DNA of 38,569 bases from a virus. The notes under the pieces are model-generated. The model did not search any database, was not told the DNA's origin, and saw only the letters and a program-made list of their open reading frames with translations. The stretch lies in IMG/VR virus record IMGVR_UViG_3300032017_000003, positions 1 to 38,569 of that record; one strand, written 5' to 3'. Positions 1 to 7,301 of this stretch are shown piece after piece (position 1 is the stretch's first letter; each line of letters starts with the position of its first letter). Both the position numbers and the translations under genes were made by a program.

Positions 1-210
1 CGCTCAGGTTGGCGCCGCTCAGGTTGGCGTCGCTCAGGTTGGCGCCGCTCAGGTTGGCGTCGCTCAGGTTGGCGCCGCTCAGGTTGGCGCCGCTCAGGTT
101 GGCGTCGCGCAGATAGGCGTCGCGCAGGTTGGCGTCGCGCAGGTTGGCGCCGCTCAGGTTGGCGTCGCTCAGGTTGGCGCCGCTCAGGTTGGCGCCGCTC
201 AGGTTGGCCT
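1..210. repeat. tandem 15-nt repeat array, 14 units (plus-strand consensus CGCTCAGGTTGGCGY)
   Basis: Units start at 1, 16, 31 ... 196. The only variants are CGCGCAGGTTGGCGY and CGCGCAGATAGGCGT. The array is contiguous, has no spacers and is in frame with the minus-strand CDS. Confidence 0.97.
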
Positions 211-328
211 TGACGGAAACGGCTTGCTCCAGCGCATGGCGCATCGCCAGCCCGCTTTCGAGTCCGTCCGGCACCTCGCATTCGAACAGTACGGCCAAGG
301 TGTAGCGATTCAGGATCTGTTGCTTCAT
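1..328 (-). CDS. pentapeptide-repeat protein, 5' part (ATG at 328, open through position 1, continues at 38569)
   Basis: Minus strand from 328 reads [40 protein letters not shown], then 14 consecutive A(N/Y)L(S/R)(G/D) units. There is no stop before the window edge. 328 nt equals 109 codons plus 1 nt. Confidence 0.85.
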   Translation of the reverse strand, partial: MKQQILNRYTLAVLFECEVPDGLESGLAMRHALEQAVSVKANLSGANLSGANLSDANLSGANLRDANLRDAYLRDANLSGANLSGANLSDANLSGANLSDANLSGANLS

Positions 329-375
329 GGCGTTCTCTTTCAGTTGATGGGGTGAGGTCAGGAGGTGGCGCGGGC

Positions 376-567
376 TCAGGCGTTCCCGGTAGCCTTGGCA
401 ATTGCCACGCGAACGTCTGAAAGGAGCGTGCGGAGGATGCTGTCGGCATGATCAGGGTTCGATGCGATGAACCAGTCCAGTCGGCGCTCAACCGTAACTA
501 GCTGCTTGAATATGGCCGAGCTTTCCGGGCGCCACGCTTCCGGGGTATTTGCAGTGCTATTGCTCAT
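376..567 (-). CDS. hypothetical early protein (63 aa)
   Basis: ATG at 567 is preceded by GGAG (minus strand ACGGAGATTGAAATG). It lies on the same strand and in the same operon as its neighbours. Confidence 0.6.
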   Translation of the reverse strand: MSNSTANTPEAWRPESSAIFKQLVTVERRLDWFIASNPDHADSILRTLLSDVRVAIAKATGNA

Positions 568-619
568 TTCAATCTCCGTACAGGTATGGGTGGTTAGGAG
601 GGGCCGGAGCCCCGGGGGT

Positions 620-991
620 TCAGAAGTTGAAGCGCACTTCGCTCATGGTGCGCGCGAAGATTCCGTCATACAGCGGGCGGTCAGCAATTGCCCACACGCC
701 GGTTTCGCGGTTGTACGGGAGGTACGTGCCGCCTTGCTTCTTGTACTCGGTGCGCGCGATGTGATGAGCGCATGCAACCTTGGATTCGAAGCGGCTGATT
801 GCTGCCTTCACTTCCTTGTCGACTGCGAAGCCCTTCGCCGGCTTCGTTGCGCACACGGTGCCGAAGTGGTTCACCTCATCGGTTTCGGTGTCACGGATGA
901 ACACGACGCGCTTCAGGCCAGTCTTGCCACAGCAGCCGCAGAAATCCAGGCTTTCGCTGACTTCGACGACTTGGTAGCGGTTGGTGTTCAC
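620..991 (-). CDS. hypothetical Cys-rich early protein (123 aa), first gene of the leftward arm
   Basis: GTG start at 991 has GGAG about 7 nt upstream. The protein has a CGCCGK...C...C cysteine cluster. No family recognised. Confidence 0.65.
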   Translation of the reverse strand: MNTNRYQVVEVSESLDFCGCCGKTGLKRVVFIRDTETDEVNHFGTVCATKPAKGFAVDKEVKAAISRFESKVACAHHIARTEYKKQGGTYLPYNRETGVWAIADRPLYDGIFARTMSEVRFNF

Positions 992-1027
992 GGTGTGCTC
1001 CGTTGCGTTGCTTGATTCGATGGAGTA

Positions 1028-1056
1028 ATCATAGACTTCCTTTTGCAGTTGTGCAA
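1028..1056 (-). promoter_or_regulatory. candidate sigma70 leftward early promoter
   Basis: The minus strand reads TTGCAC, a 17-nt spacer, then TATGAT (-35 at 1056..1051, -10 at 1033..1028). This is about 30 nt upstream of the GTG at 991. Confidence 0.55.
1043..1056. promoter_or_regulatory. operator-like palindrome O1 (TTGCAGTTGTGCAA)
   Basis: Perfect TTGCA/TGCAA arms around a 4-nt core. It overlaps the -35 of the leftward promoter. Confidence 0.5.
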
Positions 1057-1065
1057 GAATCTTTT

Positions 1066-1079
1066 TTGTAACAGTGCAA
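1066..1079. promoter_or_regulatory. operator-like palindrome O2 (TTGTAACAGTGCAA)
   Basis: Same 14-bp architecture as O1 with one arm mismatch. The centres are 23 bp apart. Confidence 0.45.
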
Positions 1080-1089
1080 AAATCTCGCC

Positions 1090-1118
1090 TTGTGTTCTAT
1101 TCGCTGTTCAGCTAAAGT
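1090..1118 (+). promoter_or_regulatory. candidate rightward early promoter (TTGTGT, 17 nt, TAAAGT)
   Basis: The -10 ends 7 nt before ATG 1126, and there is no Shine-Dalgarno upstream of that ATG. This fits a leaderless transcript. The hexamers are weak. Confidence 0.35.
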
Positions 1119-1125
1119 CTAGCGC

Positions 1126-1305
1126 ATGAACACAGACAAGGCAATCAAGCTCTCTGGTGGCGGGACTCCTGGTCGCAAGGCGCTTGCCGCGCTGCTGGGG
1201 GTCACATCGCTTGCAACCTACAGATGGAAACCGGACATCCCCGATCGCCATGTGTGGCGCCTGCAGGTGCTGAAGCCCGAGTGGTTCAAGGAGAAGCGCT
1301 CATGA
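1126..1305 (+). CDS. Cro/YdaS-like small HTH DNA-binding protein (59 aa, below the ORF-track cutoff)
   Basis: My own translation is MNTDKAIKLSGGGTPGRKALAALLGVTSLATYRWKPDIPDRHVWRLQVLKPEWFKEKRS. The pattern is a G..ALA..LGV....Y.W helix-turn-helix. It is the first gene of the rightward arm, and its stop overlaps the next ATG. Confidence 0.65.
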   Translation: MNTDKAIKLSGGGTPGRKALAALLGVTSLATYRWKPDIPDRHVWRLQVLKPEWFKEKRS

Positions 1306-1658
1306 GTTCGCCGCGTATCTCGCTGGTGGCATTCGCTGACCGGAGCAACAACTTCGTCTTCGTGGCGGTTCCGAATGACCGTGGCCGCTACCTGCGCACT
1401 GACCGCTCAGTACTGACGTGCGAGTGCTCATTGTGCAAGGCAGCCATCGGTGAGCCTTGCAAGCGCCACTACGACGCCGGGACGCACTACCACTCGACGA
1501 CGCATGCGAGCCGGCGCTCGGCTCATCAGCGCCTCGGCCATCGCAGCGTCTTCACTCCCGCGCCTGAATTCGACGACCTGCACGAAATGCCGAAAGCAAT
1601 CGAGCTGATCGATCCGATTCACCTCATCAACCCGAAGCCGATTGGAGTCGCATCATGA
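1302..1658 (+). CDS. hypothetical protein with a zinc-finger-like C.C..C......C...H motif (118 aa)
   Basis: ATG 1302 overlaps the previous stop (ATGA). Contains TCECSLCKAAIGEPCKRH. The upstream part of the 1224 ORF overlaps the cro-like gene. Confidence 0.6.
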   Translation: MSSPRISLVAFADRSNNFVFVAVPNDRGRYLRTDRSVLTCECSLCKAAIGEPCKRHYDAGTHYHSTTHASRRSAHQRLGHRSVFTPAPEFDDLHEMPKAIELIDPIHLINPKPIGVAS

Positions 1659-1825
1659 TCACCCTCCACTCCGTAGCCGCGGATCTGCGCCGCAAGTCCG
1701 AATCTCAACCTGTCGCCGCTGTCGTGGCGCCGCAGACGTATGAGCCGGCATGCGTCTGCTCTTGGAAAACCGCAGTCGCAGCCATGGATGAGACGATCGA
1801 CTACCAGCCGAAGGAGGAGCAATGA
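1655..1825 (+). CDS. hypothetical small protein (56 aa, below the ORF-track cutoff)
   Basis: It has an ATGA overlap at both ends (1655 and 1822) and fills the gap between coupled genes. Confidence 0.5.
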   Translation: MITLHSVAADLRRKSESQPVAAVVAPQTYEPACVCSWKTAVAAMDETIDYQPKEEQ

Positions 1826-2100
1826 GCGAGATCAAGGCAGGCGAACTCGGGATCATTGTTCGAAGCATGGCAGGCAATGAAGGGGTGATCTTCACATGCC
1901 TTCGTGTGATCGATTCATTTGAGTTCGAAGAATTCGGTTTTCTTCGAACAGTTGAGATCGATAGGGTTCTGAAAAGCAAGCAAGGTCGCCCAGTGAGTCA
2001 CCTTCCAATCGCATGGGTTCGCCCCATCCGCGACACAGACGGCGCCGACGAAGTCAACGCCATCGCTCAGCGCAAGAGCGGGCGGGAGGTTCAGGCATGA
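1822..2100 (+). CDS. hypothetical protein (92 aa)
   Basis: ATGA coupling at both ends. GC is noticeably lower than in neighbouring genes. Confidence 0.6.
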   Translation: MSEIKAGELGIIVRSMAGNEGVIFTCLRVIDSFEFEEFGFLRTVEIDRVLKSKQGRPVSHLPIAWVRPIRDTDGADEVNAIAQRKSGREVQA

Positions 2101-2501
2101 GCGTCACCTACGTCAACCGCAAGGGCGAGACGGTCTATCCCGATCAGATCGCGCAGAAGCACAAGCCGAAGCCCAAGGCGTCGACTGCGCTGAAGACGCT
2201 CGACACGAAGGACGGCGCGACCGTCAGCATGGGCTTCGAGGTCGCCGGCTTCAGCCTCGAGCACCTCGCCGAGGCCAAACGCAAGCACGAGATCCAACTC
2301 GAAGGCCAGAAGGATCGCGCACTCATCAAAGGCGAGAAGAAGCTGAGCGCATGGGACGAGGAGGCCTACATGCGCGAGAGCAAGCCAAAGCGTGTGGCTC
2401 CGAAGCCGTATACGCTCGCCAGTTCGGCCGATCAGTGTGCCGAGATGGCTCGCAAGGCAGGCTGGAAGAACGTCACTGTGCGCGAGATCCTGAAAGGCTG
2501 A
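2097..2501 (+). CDS. hypothetical Lys-rich protein (134 aa)
   Basis: The internal ATG at 2097 overlaps the preceding stop. The N-terminal extension of the 2013 ORF is Arg-rich shadow sequence. Confidence 0.6.
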   Translation: MSVTYVNRKGETVYPDQIAQKHKPKPKASTALKTLDTKDGATVSMGFEVAGFSLEHLAEAKRKHEIQLEGQKDRALIKGEKKLSAWDEEAYMRESKPKRVAPKPYTLASSADQCAEMARKAGWKNVTVREILKG

Positions 2502-2503
2502 CG

Positions 2504-2884
2504 ATGGACGCCCGCGCCCGCCGCGCCAAGGTCCGCCAGCTCTGGCCGCAGTGCGGTAACGCGGTCTGCTGCTACTGCGACGTGCCGCTCAAGCGCTACG
2601 GGGACACCAGCTGGCTCGGCGCGACGCTGGACCACTGGATGCCCGTCGCGCTCGGGGGCAGCAGCGAGCTCGAGAACCTGCGCCTGTGCTGCCGCCGCTG
2701 CAACAACCTCAAGGCCGACATGCACCCGCTGGTCTGGCTCGAGCTGCCCAGGCCCAAGTACGTCCACCAGCCGACGCGGTATGAGCGGAAGGTGGCGGCG
2801 TTGCAGAGGTGTGTGGCCGTGAAATCCGGCGCGCCGGTTGCAAGCAGCGCCGAGGAATTGCCGCAATATCTGCATCTGACGTAA
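2504..2884 (+). CDS. HNH endonuclease (126 aa)
   Basis: Contains CCYCDVPL...LDHWMPVALGGSSELENLRLCCRRCNNLKAD, which is an HNH core flanked by two Cys pairs. Confidence 0.85.
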   Translation: MDARARRAKVRQLWPQCGNAVCCYCDVPLKRYGDTSWLGATLDHWMPVALGGSSELENLRLCCRRCNNLKADMHPLVWLELPRPKYVHQPTRYERKVAALQRCVAVKSGAPVASSAEELPQYLHLT

Positions 2885-2891
2885 ATGTGAC

Positions 2892-2921
2892 TTGCCAAAA
2901 TGGGCGGTACCGGAAAATAAT
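2892..2921 (+). promoter_or_regulatory. candidate sigma70 promoter (TTGCCA, 18 nt, AATAAT)
   Basis: It sits in the 67-nt gap between the HNH gene and the Fis-type gene. Confidence 0.4.
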
Positions 2922-2951
2922 GGCGCCGCATCCCACAACAAACACCGGATC

Positions 2952-3209
2952 ATGTCGGAAGCCCATCACCAAGCCCCGAGCATCGACGAGCAGCTGCAGC
3001 AGTTGCTCCCGCCGCCACCTCCTCCTCCGCCGCCGCCTCCCGACATCCGCATCCGCGCCGGAATGAGCGTCGACGACGTCAACCGCGCGCTGGTGATCCT
3101 GACCCTCAAACACACCGCCGGCCGCCGGCGCCAGGCTGCGAAGATGCTCGGCATCAGCATGAAGACGCTCTACAACTGGACCCAGCGGTTCGGGATTGAG
3201 GGGTCCTGA
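2952..3209 (+). CDS. Fis/NtrC-type HTH DNA-binding protein with an 11-residue polyproline run (85 aa)
   Basis: The C-terminus reads VDDVNRALVILTLKHTAGRRRQAAKMLGISMKTLYNWTQRFGI, the Fis-family HTH_8 pattern. I chose ATG 2952 over the TTG at 2892. Confidence 0.75.
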   Translation: MSEAHHQAPSIDEQLQQLLPPPPPPPPPPPDIRIRAGMSVDDVNRALVILTLKHTAGRRRQAAKMLGISMKTLYNWTQRFGIEGS

Positions 3210-3955
3210 TGGGTCGCGCACGCAACATCAAGCCGGGTTTCTTCAAGAACGAGGACCTGGGCGAATGCTCACCGTGGGCGCGCCTGTGCTTCGCCGGCCT
3301 GTGGACCCTGGCCGATCGGGAAGGGCGCCTCGAGGACCGGCCGAAGCGGATCAAGGGCGAGCTGTTCCCCTTCGACTCCATCGAGGTCGACCCGCTTCTC
3401 CAGGAATTGGAGCGCTTCAAGTTCATCGTCCGGTACGAATCCGACGGCATGAAGGCCATCCAGATCTTGGAGTTCGCCAAGCACCAGACCCCCCACTACT
3501 CCGAGAAAGACAGCGTCATCAAGCCGCCTGAACTCCTGGAATCTGGTGGTCATGAAGAACACGAGATTCCAGAGATCTCCGGAGAACTCCCGAATCAGGT
3601 GGTCATAAAGGGGGGGGCGCAACCCCCTGAATCTCTGAATCCTGATTCTCTGATTCCTGATTGCAGGATTCCCGCATCATCGAACCCAGATTCCGAGCCT
3701 CCCAAGGCTTCGCCTCGGGCCACCCGCAAGTGCCCTCCGGGCTTCAAGCTCACCGAGGAACTGAAGCAGTGGGCGAAGAGAAGGGTGCCAGGAGTGAACA
3801 TCGAGACCGAGACTGAGACCTTTCGTGATCACACGTTCGCGACAGCCAGAAGCGACTGGGATGGAACGTGGAGGAACTGGATGCGCAAGGCAGCGAACCA
3901 GTCAAGACCGAATCATCAGCAAGCCTCGGCCGACATCTTCGGGGGGGCACTGTGA
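3209..3955 (+). CDS. putative replication initiator / replisome organiser (248 aa)
   Basis: It lies immediately upstream of the helicase block. The N-terminus RNIKPGFFKNEDL...ADREGRLEDRPKRIKGELFP resembles phage replication-organiser proteins, from memory. The gene contains an internal short-repeat cluster. Confidence 0.5.
   Translation: MGRARNIKPGFFKNEDLGECSPWARLCFAGLWTLADREGRLEDRPKRIKGELFPFDSIEVDPLLQELERFKFIVRYESDGMKAIQILEFAKHQTPHYSEKDSVIKPPELLESGGHEEHEIPEISGELPNQVVIKGGAQPPESLNPDSLIPDCRIPASSNPDSEPPKASPRATRKCPPGFKLTEELKQWAKRRVPGVNIETETETFRDHTFATARSDWDGTWRNWMRKAANQSRPNHQQASADIFGGAL
3627..3693. repeat. cluster of seven CTGAWTC-type heptamers (iteron-like) inside the replication gene
   Basis: CTGAATC at 3627 and 3635. 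CTGATTC at 3642 and 3650. CTGATTG at 3657. GGATTC ending at 3672. CAGATTC at 3687. GAATC and GATTC are reverse complements of each other. Confidence 0.6.
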
Positions 3956-4323
3956 TGCACAACGCCCGCCTGTTGCGCGACCTCCGCTTGCGTGGACTGG
4001 TGCCGCTGATGGTCTACATCGATCTCGACTTCCCGGTGCAGTACGGGCACGGTGTTCCGTTCAGCGTCCAGTTCCCGCACCTGTACATCGGGCCGGAAGA
4101 GAACGTGCGGACGCTCGACCTTCGAGTCCTCAAGGGCCTCACCGTGCAGGTCAACGGGTTCGATGTCGGACGCATGGCGGCGCTTGAGGCCGTCATCGCA
4201 ATGGCCGACGCGAAACGCATCATCACCGTCCTACACCGCGTGTTCGGCGAAGGCGAGTTCCAGTCCTTCCCGATCGTCAGCGTCACCGACACCGAAGGGG
4301 TGCTCACATGGCAAGACAGCTGA
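3955..4323 (+). CDS. hypothetical protein (122 aa)
   Basis: ATG 3955 overlaps the preceding TGA. The gene sits between the organiser and the helicase. Confidence 0.6.
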   Translation: MHNARLLRDLRLRGLVPLMVYIDLDFPVQYGHGVPFSVQFPHLYIGPEENVRTLDLRVLKGLTVQVNGFDVGRMAALEAVIAMADAKRIITVLHRVFGEGEFQSFPIVSVTDTEGVLTWQDS

Positions 4324-5249
4324 CCGCCGATTCGATCGACTTCGCCGCGTACGAAGCCGAGACCGAGCACGCGCAGAAGGTGCGCCCAGCTCGCGACTTC
4401 TTCGACGATGTGGTCCGGTCGTTCCAGCGCAAGGAAGCCGGCACCAGGCACGCGCACATGACCTCGACCAAGGTCGGCAGCTACCTTGAGTTTCCGCCGG
4501 GCAACGTGACCGTGTGGGCGGGCTTCAATGGGCACCGCAAGTCGATGTTCACGGGTCAGGTGGCACTCGACCTCTGCAACACCGGAGAGCGTGTCCTGAT
4601 TGCGTCCATGGAGATGGAGCCGGCCGACACGATGGTGCGCATGTCGCGCCAGGCGTCGGGCACCAACCGCCCCAGCGAAGCATGGCTCGCAGCCTTCCAC
4701 GACTGGACCGACAAACGGCTGTGGCTCTTCGACCACGTCGGCCGCATCAGTCCCGCCCAGGCGCTGGGCCTGTGCCGCTACTTCGCCGAGGAGCTCAAGG
4801 GCAAGCACGTGTTCCTCGACAGCCTGATGAAGTGCGTCACCTCCGAGGAGTCGATGGACGACACGAAGTCCTTCATCACGGACCTGACCCAGCTCGCGAA
4901 GGACACCGGCTTGCACATCCACCTCGTCGCCCACTGCCGCAAGCCCAACACCAGCGGCGAGACGCTGCCGCCGTCGAAGTACGACATCAAGGGCTCGAGC
5001 TCGATCTCCGACCAGGCCAGCAATGTCGTGCTCATCTGGTGGAACAAGGCCAAGCACGAGGCGCTGAACCGCAATCCGAACGACGAAGAGGCGCTAGTCA
5101 AGCCCGACGCGATGGCGATCGTCGACAAGCAGCGTCACGGTCCGTGGGAGGGCAAACTCTCGCTGTGGTTCGATGAGGTCAGCATGCGATTCGTCGACAA
5201 CCGACACAGTGAAGTCAGGCCCTACAAACTGCAAGGAGTGACCGAATGA
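4308..5249 (+). CDS. DnaB/T7-gp4-type replicative helicase domain protein (313 aa, no primase domain)
   Basis: Walker A-like GFNGHRKS, Walker B VFLDSLMK, HIHLVAHCRK, IKGSSSISDQASNVVLI and VDKQRHGPWEG. These match the RecA-fold hexameric helicase motif order. Confidence 0.8.
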   Translation: MARQLTADSIDFAAYEAETEHAQKVRPARDFFDDVVRSFQRKEAGTRHAHMTSTKVGSYLEFPPGNVTVWAGFNGHRKSMFTGQVALDLCNTGERVLIASMEMEPADTMVRMSRQASGTNRPSEAWLAAFHDWTDKRLWLFDHVGRISPAQALGLCRYFAEELKGKHVFLDSLMKCVTSEESMDDTKSFITDLTQLAKDTGLHIHLVAHCRKPNTSGETLPPSKYDIKGSSSISDQASNVVLIWWNKAKHEALNRNPNDEEALVKPDAMAIVDKQRHGPWEGKLSLWFDEVSMRFVDNRHSEVRPYKLQGVTE

Positions 5250-5440
5250 AGACCATCAGCGAGAAGCTGCGGAGCTTGGCGAGGAAGCCAGCAGTTTCCG
5301 ATTGGAGCCGGGACGACTTCGAGGTATGGGAGGTGGCCGACGACTGGCGCACATCACCTGTCGAAATGTTTGCACACATGAGCGACGATGAGTGGGGGAT
5401 GTTCCTCTGCTTCGTTGCTGAAGCGTTGGAGGAGTCATGA
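5246..5440 (+). CDS. hypothetical acidic protein (64 aa)
   Basis: ATGA coupling at both ends. Confidence 0.55.
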   Translation: MKTISEKLRSLARKPAVSDWSRDDFEVWEVADDWRTSPVEMFAHMSDDEWGMFLCFVAEALEES

Positions 5441-5658
5441 GCGAGTGGCAACCGATTGAGACTGCGCCGGCCGAGGGCGAATTCCTCGTCTACATGCCTG
5501 AGGAGCGCAACACTTTTCAAGTAATGCGCAAGCACCCGAACGTCAGCATCATTGGCAACGTGTTCGCTTTCGACCTCACGAAGCCTACGCACTGGATGCC
5601 GCTTCCCCCTGCACCCATCCCGCGCGCGCCCGCGCATTTGACCGAGGAGAAAGCATGA
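5437..5658 (+). CDS. DUF551-like phage protein (73 aa)
   Basis: The W.PIETAP...vLVy....W.PLP pattern is typical of DUF551. The family name is from memory. Confidence 0.5.
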   Translation: MSEWQPIETAPAEGEFLVYMPEERNTFQVMRKHPNVSIIGNVFAFDLTKPTHWMPLPPAPIPRAPAHLTEEKA

Positions 5659-6005
5659 AGCCGCAGATCCCGATGGCCGAGGGCGACGACTTCCCTGAGC
5701 CGCATATGAGGCCGGTGGAGCTGACGCAGCAGAAGGTCGACTTCAAGAACTGCCAGTTCGTCGATTGGAGCGGGTTTCAATTGACCCACATCAACGAGAT
5801 CCCCGTCGCAGACATTGACTGGCGCACTGGCCTCGCCAAGGATGAGCGCCAAGAGCCCCTGCCGCCGCCATTCACCGCCGAGGAGCACCTGCAGACCGTG
5901 CAGTCGGCGTGGAACGGGCTCACGGTGTCGCTGGCGATCGTCTGCGCGATCTTCGCTGGCGTGCTGGTGGTTCACGCTGCTGCTCGGGCGGGGTGGCTGC
6001 CGTGA
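5655..6005 (+). CDS. hypothetical protein with a C-terminal transmembrane helix (116 aa)
   Basis: ATGA coupled. The C-terminus LTVSLAIVCAIFAGVLVVHAAA is hydrophobic. Confidence 0.55.
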   Translation: MKPQIPMAEGDDFPEPHMRPVELTQQKVDFKNCQFVDWSGFQLTHINEIPVADIDWRTGLAKDERQEPLPPPFTAEEHLQTVQSAWNGLTVSLAIVCAIFAGVLVVHAAARAGWLP

Positions 6006-6313
6006 GCAACGACCGCGAACTGCTGGAGATGGCTGCGAAGGCGGCAGGATTTGATATTCAATGGCAGTATGAAAGGCCGTACGTCGGGGATTGGTTGGCG
6101 CGGAGGTGGTGGAACCCACTCACTGACGACGGAGACGCGCTGCGGCTGGCTGTGACCAGCGGTTTCTCGATCATCACAGAGCCTTTCTACGTGCGAATCC
6201 ACAGCATCAAGGACGTTTTTCTGGTGCGGGAGGAGGTGCTCTGCGATGGATTCGCAGCGACTCGCCGCGCCATCGTCCGCGCTGCTGCGGAGATCGGAAA
6301 GGCAATGCCATGA
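6002..6313 (+). CDS. hypothetical phage protein (103 aa)
   Basis: GTG 6002 overlaps the previous stop; an alternative ATG lies at 6029. DRELLEMAAKAAG...WNPLTDDGDALRLAV is a recurrent prophage motif, and I do not assert a family name. Confidence 0.55.
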   Translation: MSNDRELLEMAAKAAGFDIQWQYERPYVGDWLARRWWNPLTDDGDALRLAVTSGFSIITEPFYVRIHSIKDVFLVREEVLCDGFAATRRAIVRAAAEIGKAMP

Positions 6314-6636
6314 CCCGCCGAGCCGCCAGAGTAGACGCCAACCACGCCGAGATCGTCGGCTGCTTCCGTGCATGCGGATGCGACGTGCAGGATCTGTCTG
6401 GCGTCGGCGGTGGCGTCATGGACCTGCTGGTGCACCATAGGGCCACAAAGCGCCTGTTCCTTGTCGAGGTGAAGGACGGGAGGAAGCCACCGAGCAAGCG
6501 TGCTCTCACGGTGGCTCAAGTCGAATTCCACGCAATCTGGCCCGTGCACGTGGTCATGCGGGTGGAGGATGTGCCTGTGTTGCTGGCTGGACGGCCGGTT
6601 GCGGCACAATCCGATGCCATGAGCAGGAGCAACTGA
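6310..6636 (+). CDS. PD-(D/E)XK (VRR-NUC / resolvase-like) nuclease (108 aa)
   Basis: Reads RVDANHAEIV...GVMDLLV...LFLVEVKDG...LTVAQVEFH, which is a D...(D/E)xK arrangement. Confidence 0.55.
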   Translation: MTRRAARVDANHAEIVGCFRACGCDVQDLSGVGGGVMDLLVHHRATKRLFLVEVKDGRKPPSKRALTVAQVEFHAIWPVHVVMRVEDVPVLLAGRPVAAQSDAMSRSN

Positions 6637-6839
6637 TGACACCTGAGCTTTTCGAAACGATTCGTCAACTGCACGTCGACATCGAAAACAAGGAGCGCCG
6701 TCTTCGTGACGTGCAAACCTGTTTTGATCTACCTGGTTTCGAGCGCAATGCGCCTTTCACGCGGAGCATCAAAGCCGCCGTGATTAAGCAGCTTGAAATC
6801 GAGATCGACGAGATGAAGGCGCGATACGCAACCCTTTGA
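6636..6839 (+). CDS. hypothetical protein (67 aa)
   Basis: TGATG coupling at 6636. Confidence 0.5.
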   Translation: MTPELFETIRQLHVDIENKERRLRDVQTCFDLPGFERNAPFTRSIKAAVIKQLEIEIDEMKARYATL

Positions 6840-6850
6840 TCGGAGCAACC

Positions 6851-7063
6851 ATGAACGCCATGCAGCAGATCGCAGCGACACTGGAGGCTCACGCGGAATC
6901 CCGCACCTCGCAGGGTCTGCGCAAAGCCCGCAACCGCCGATACTGGGAGCGGCTGCGCGACAAGCTGCTGCAGCAGCGCAAGCTGTGCCGCAAGATCCGG
7001 CGGCTCGAGGTGCTGGCCCAGGTCTTCACCAACGCAACAGGAGCGCCGCATGCGAATCACTGA
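6851..7063 (+). CDS. hypothetical basic protein (70 aa)
   Basis: ATG 6851 has GGAG 6 nt upstream. The TTG at 6836 in the track is less likely. Confidence 0.5.
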   Translation: MNAMQQIAATLEAHAESRTSQGLRKARNRRYWERLRDKLLQQRKLCRKIRRLEVLAQVFTNATGAPHANH

Positions 7064-7301
7064 CGTGTCCATCAGCCGCAGCCTGGCCCAGGTCAACGCA
7101 TGGGTCTTCACCATCGAGATCGGCGGCAACAAGTTCACCGGCTACTTCGACGACTTCGGCGGCTTCATCACCATGGTGACCGAGTGCGCGAAGTACTTCG
7201 CCATTCGCAACAACCTGCTGCGCGTCAAGGACGCCGGCATGACGCGGCCTGTGATGCCTGGCAACGGGCAGACGGTGCTGCCGGGGGACAAGGCGCAATG
7301 A
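7050..7301 (+). CDS. hypothetical protein (83 aa)
   Basis: ATG 7050 is preceded by AGGAG. Confidence 0.55.
   Translation: MRITDVSISRSLAQVNAWVFTIEIGGNKFTGYFDDFGGFITMVTECAKYFAIRNNLLRVKDAGMTRPVMPGNGQTVLPGDKAQ

Noticed and set aside
1-210. Possible CRISPR array or terminal direct repeat at the window ends
   Set aside because: The units are 15 nt, contiguous and without spacers, and they are in frame as A(N/Y)L(S/R)(G/D) coding sequence. Exact identity between the two window ends is only 9 or 24 nt, and breaks at 39 nt. That is explained by the repeat itself, not by a defined terminal repeat.
600-613. Terminator hairpin GGGGC-CGGA-GCCCC between the first two leftward genes
   Set aside because: No U tract follows on the transcribed (minus) strand, and the downstream gene has its own ribosome-binding site. 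It is more likely an intercistronic stability element, or chance in GC-rich DNA.
2892-2951. TTG-initiated N-terminal extension of the Fis-type gene
   Set aside because: The extension overlaps a good promoter-like hexamer pair. An in-frame ATG at 2952 gives a product of typical size.
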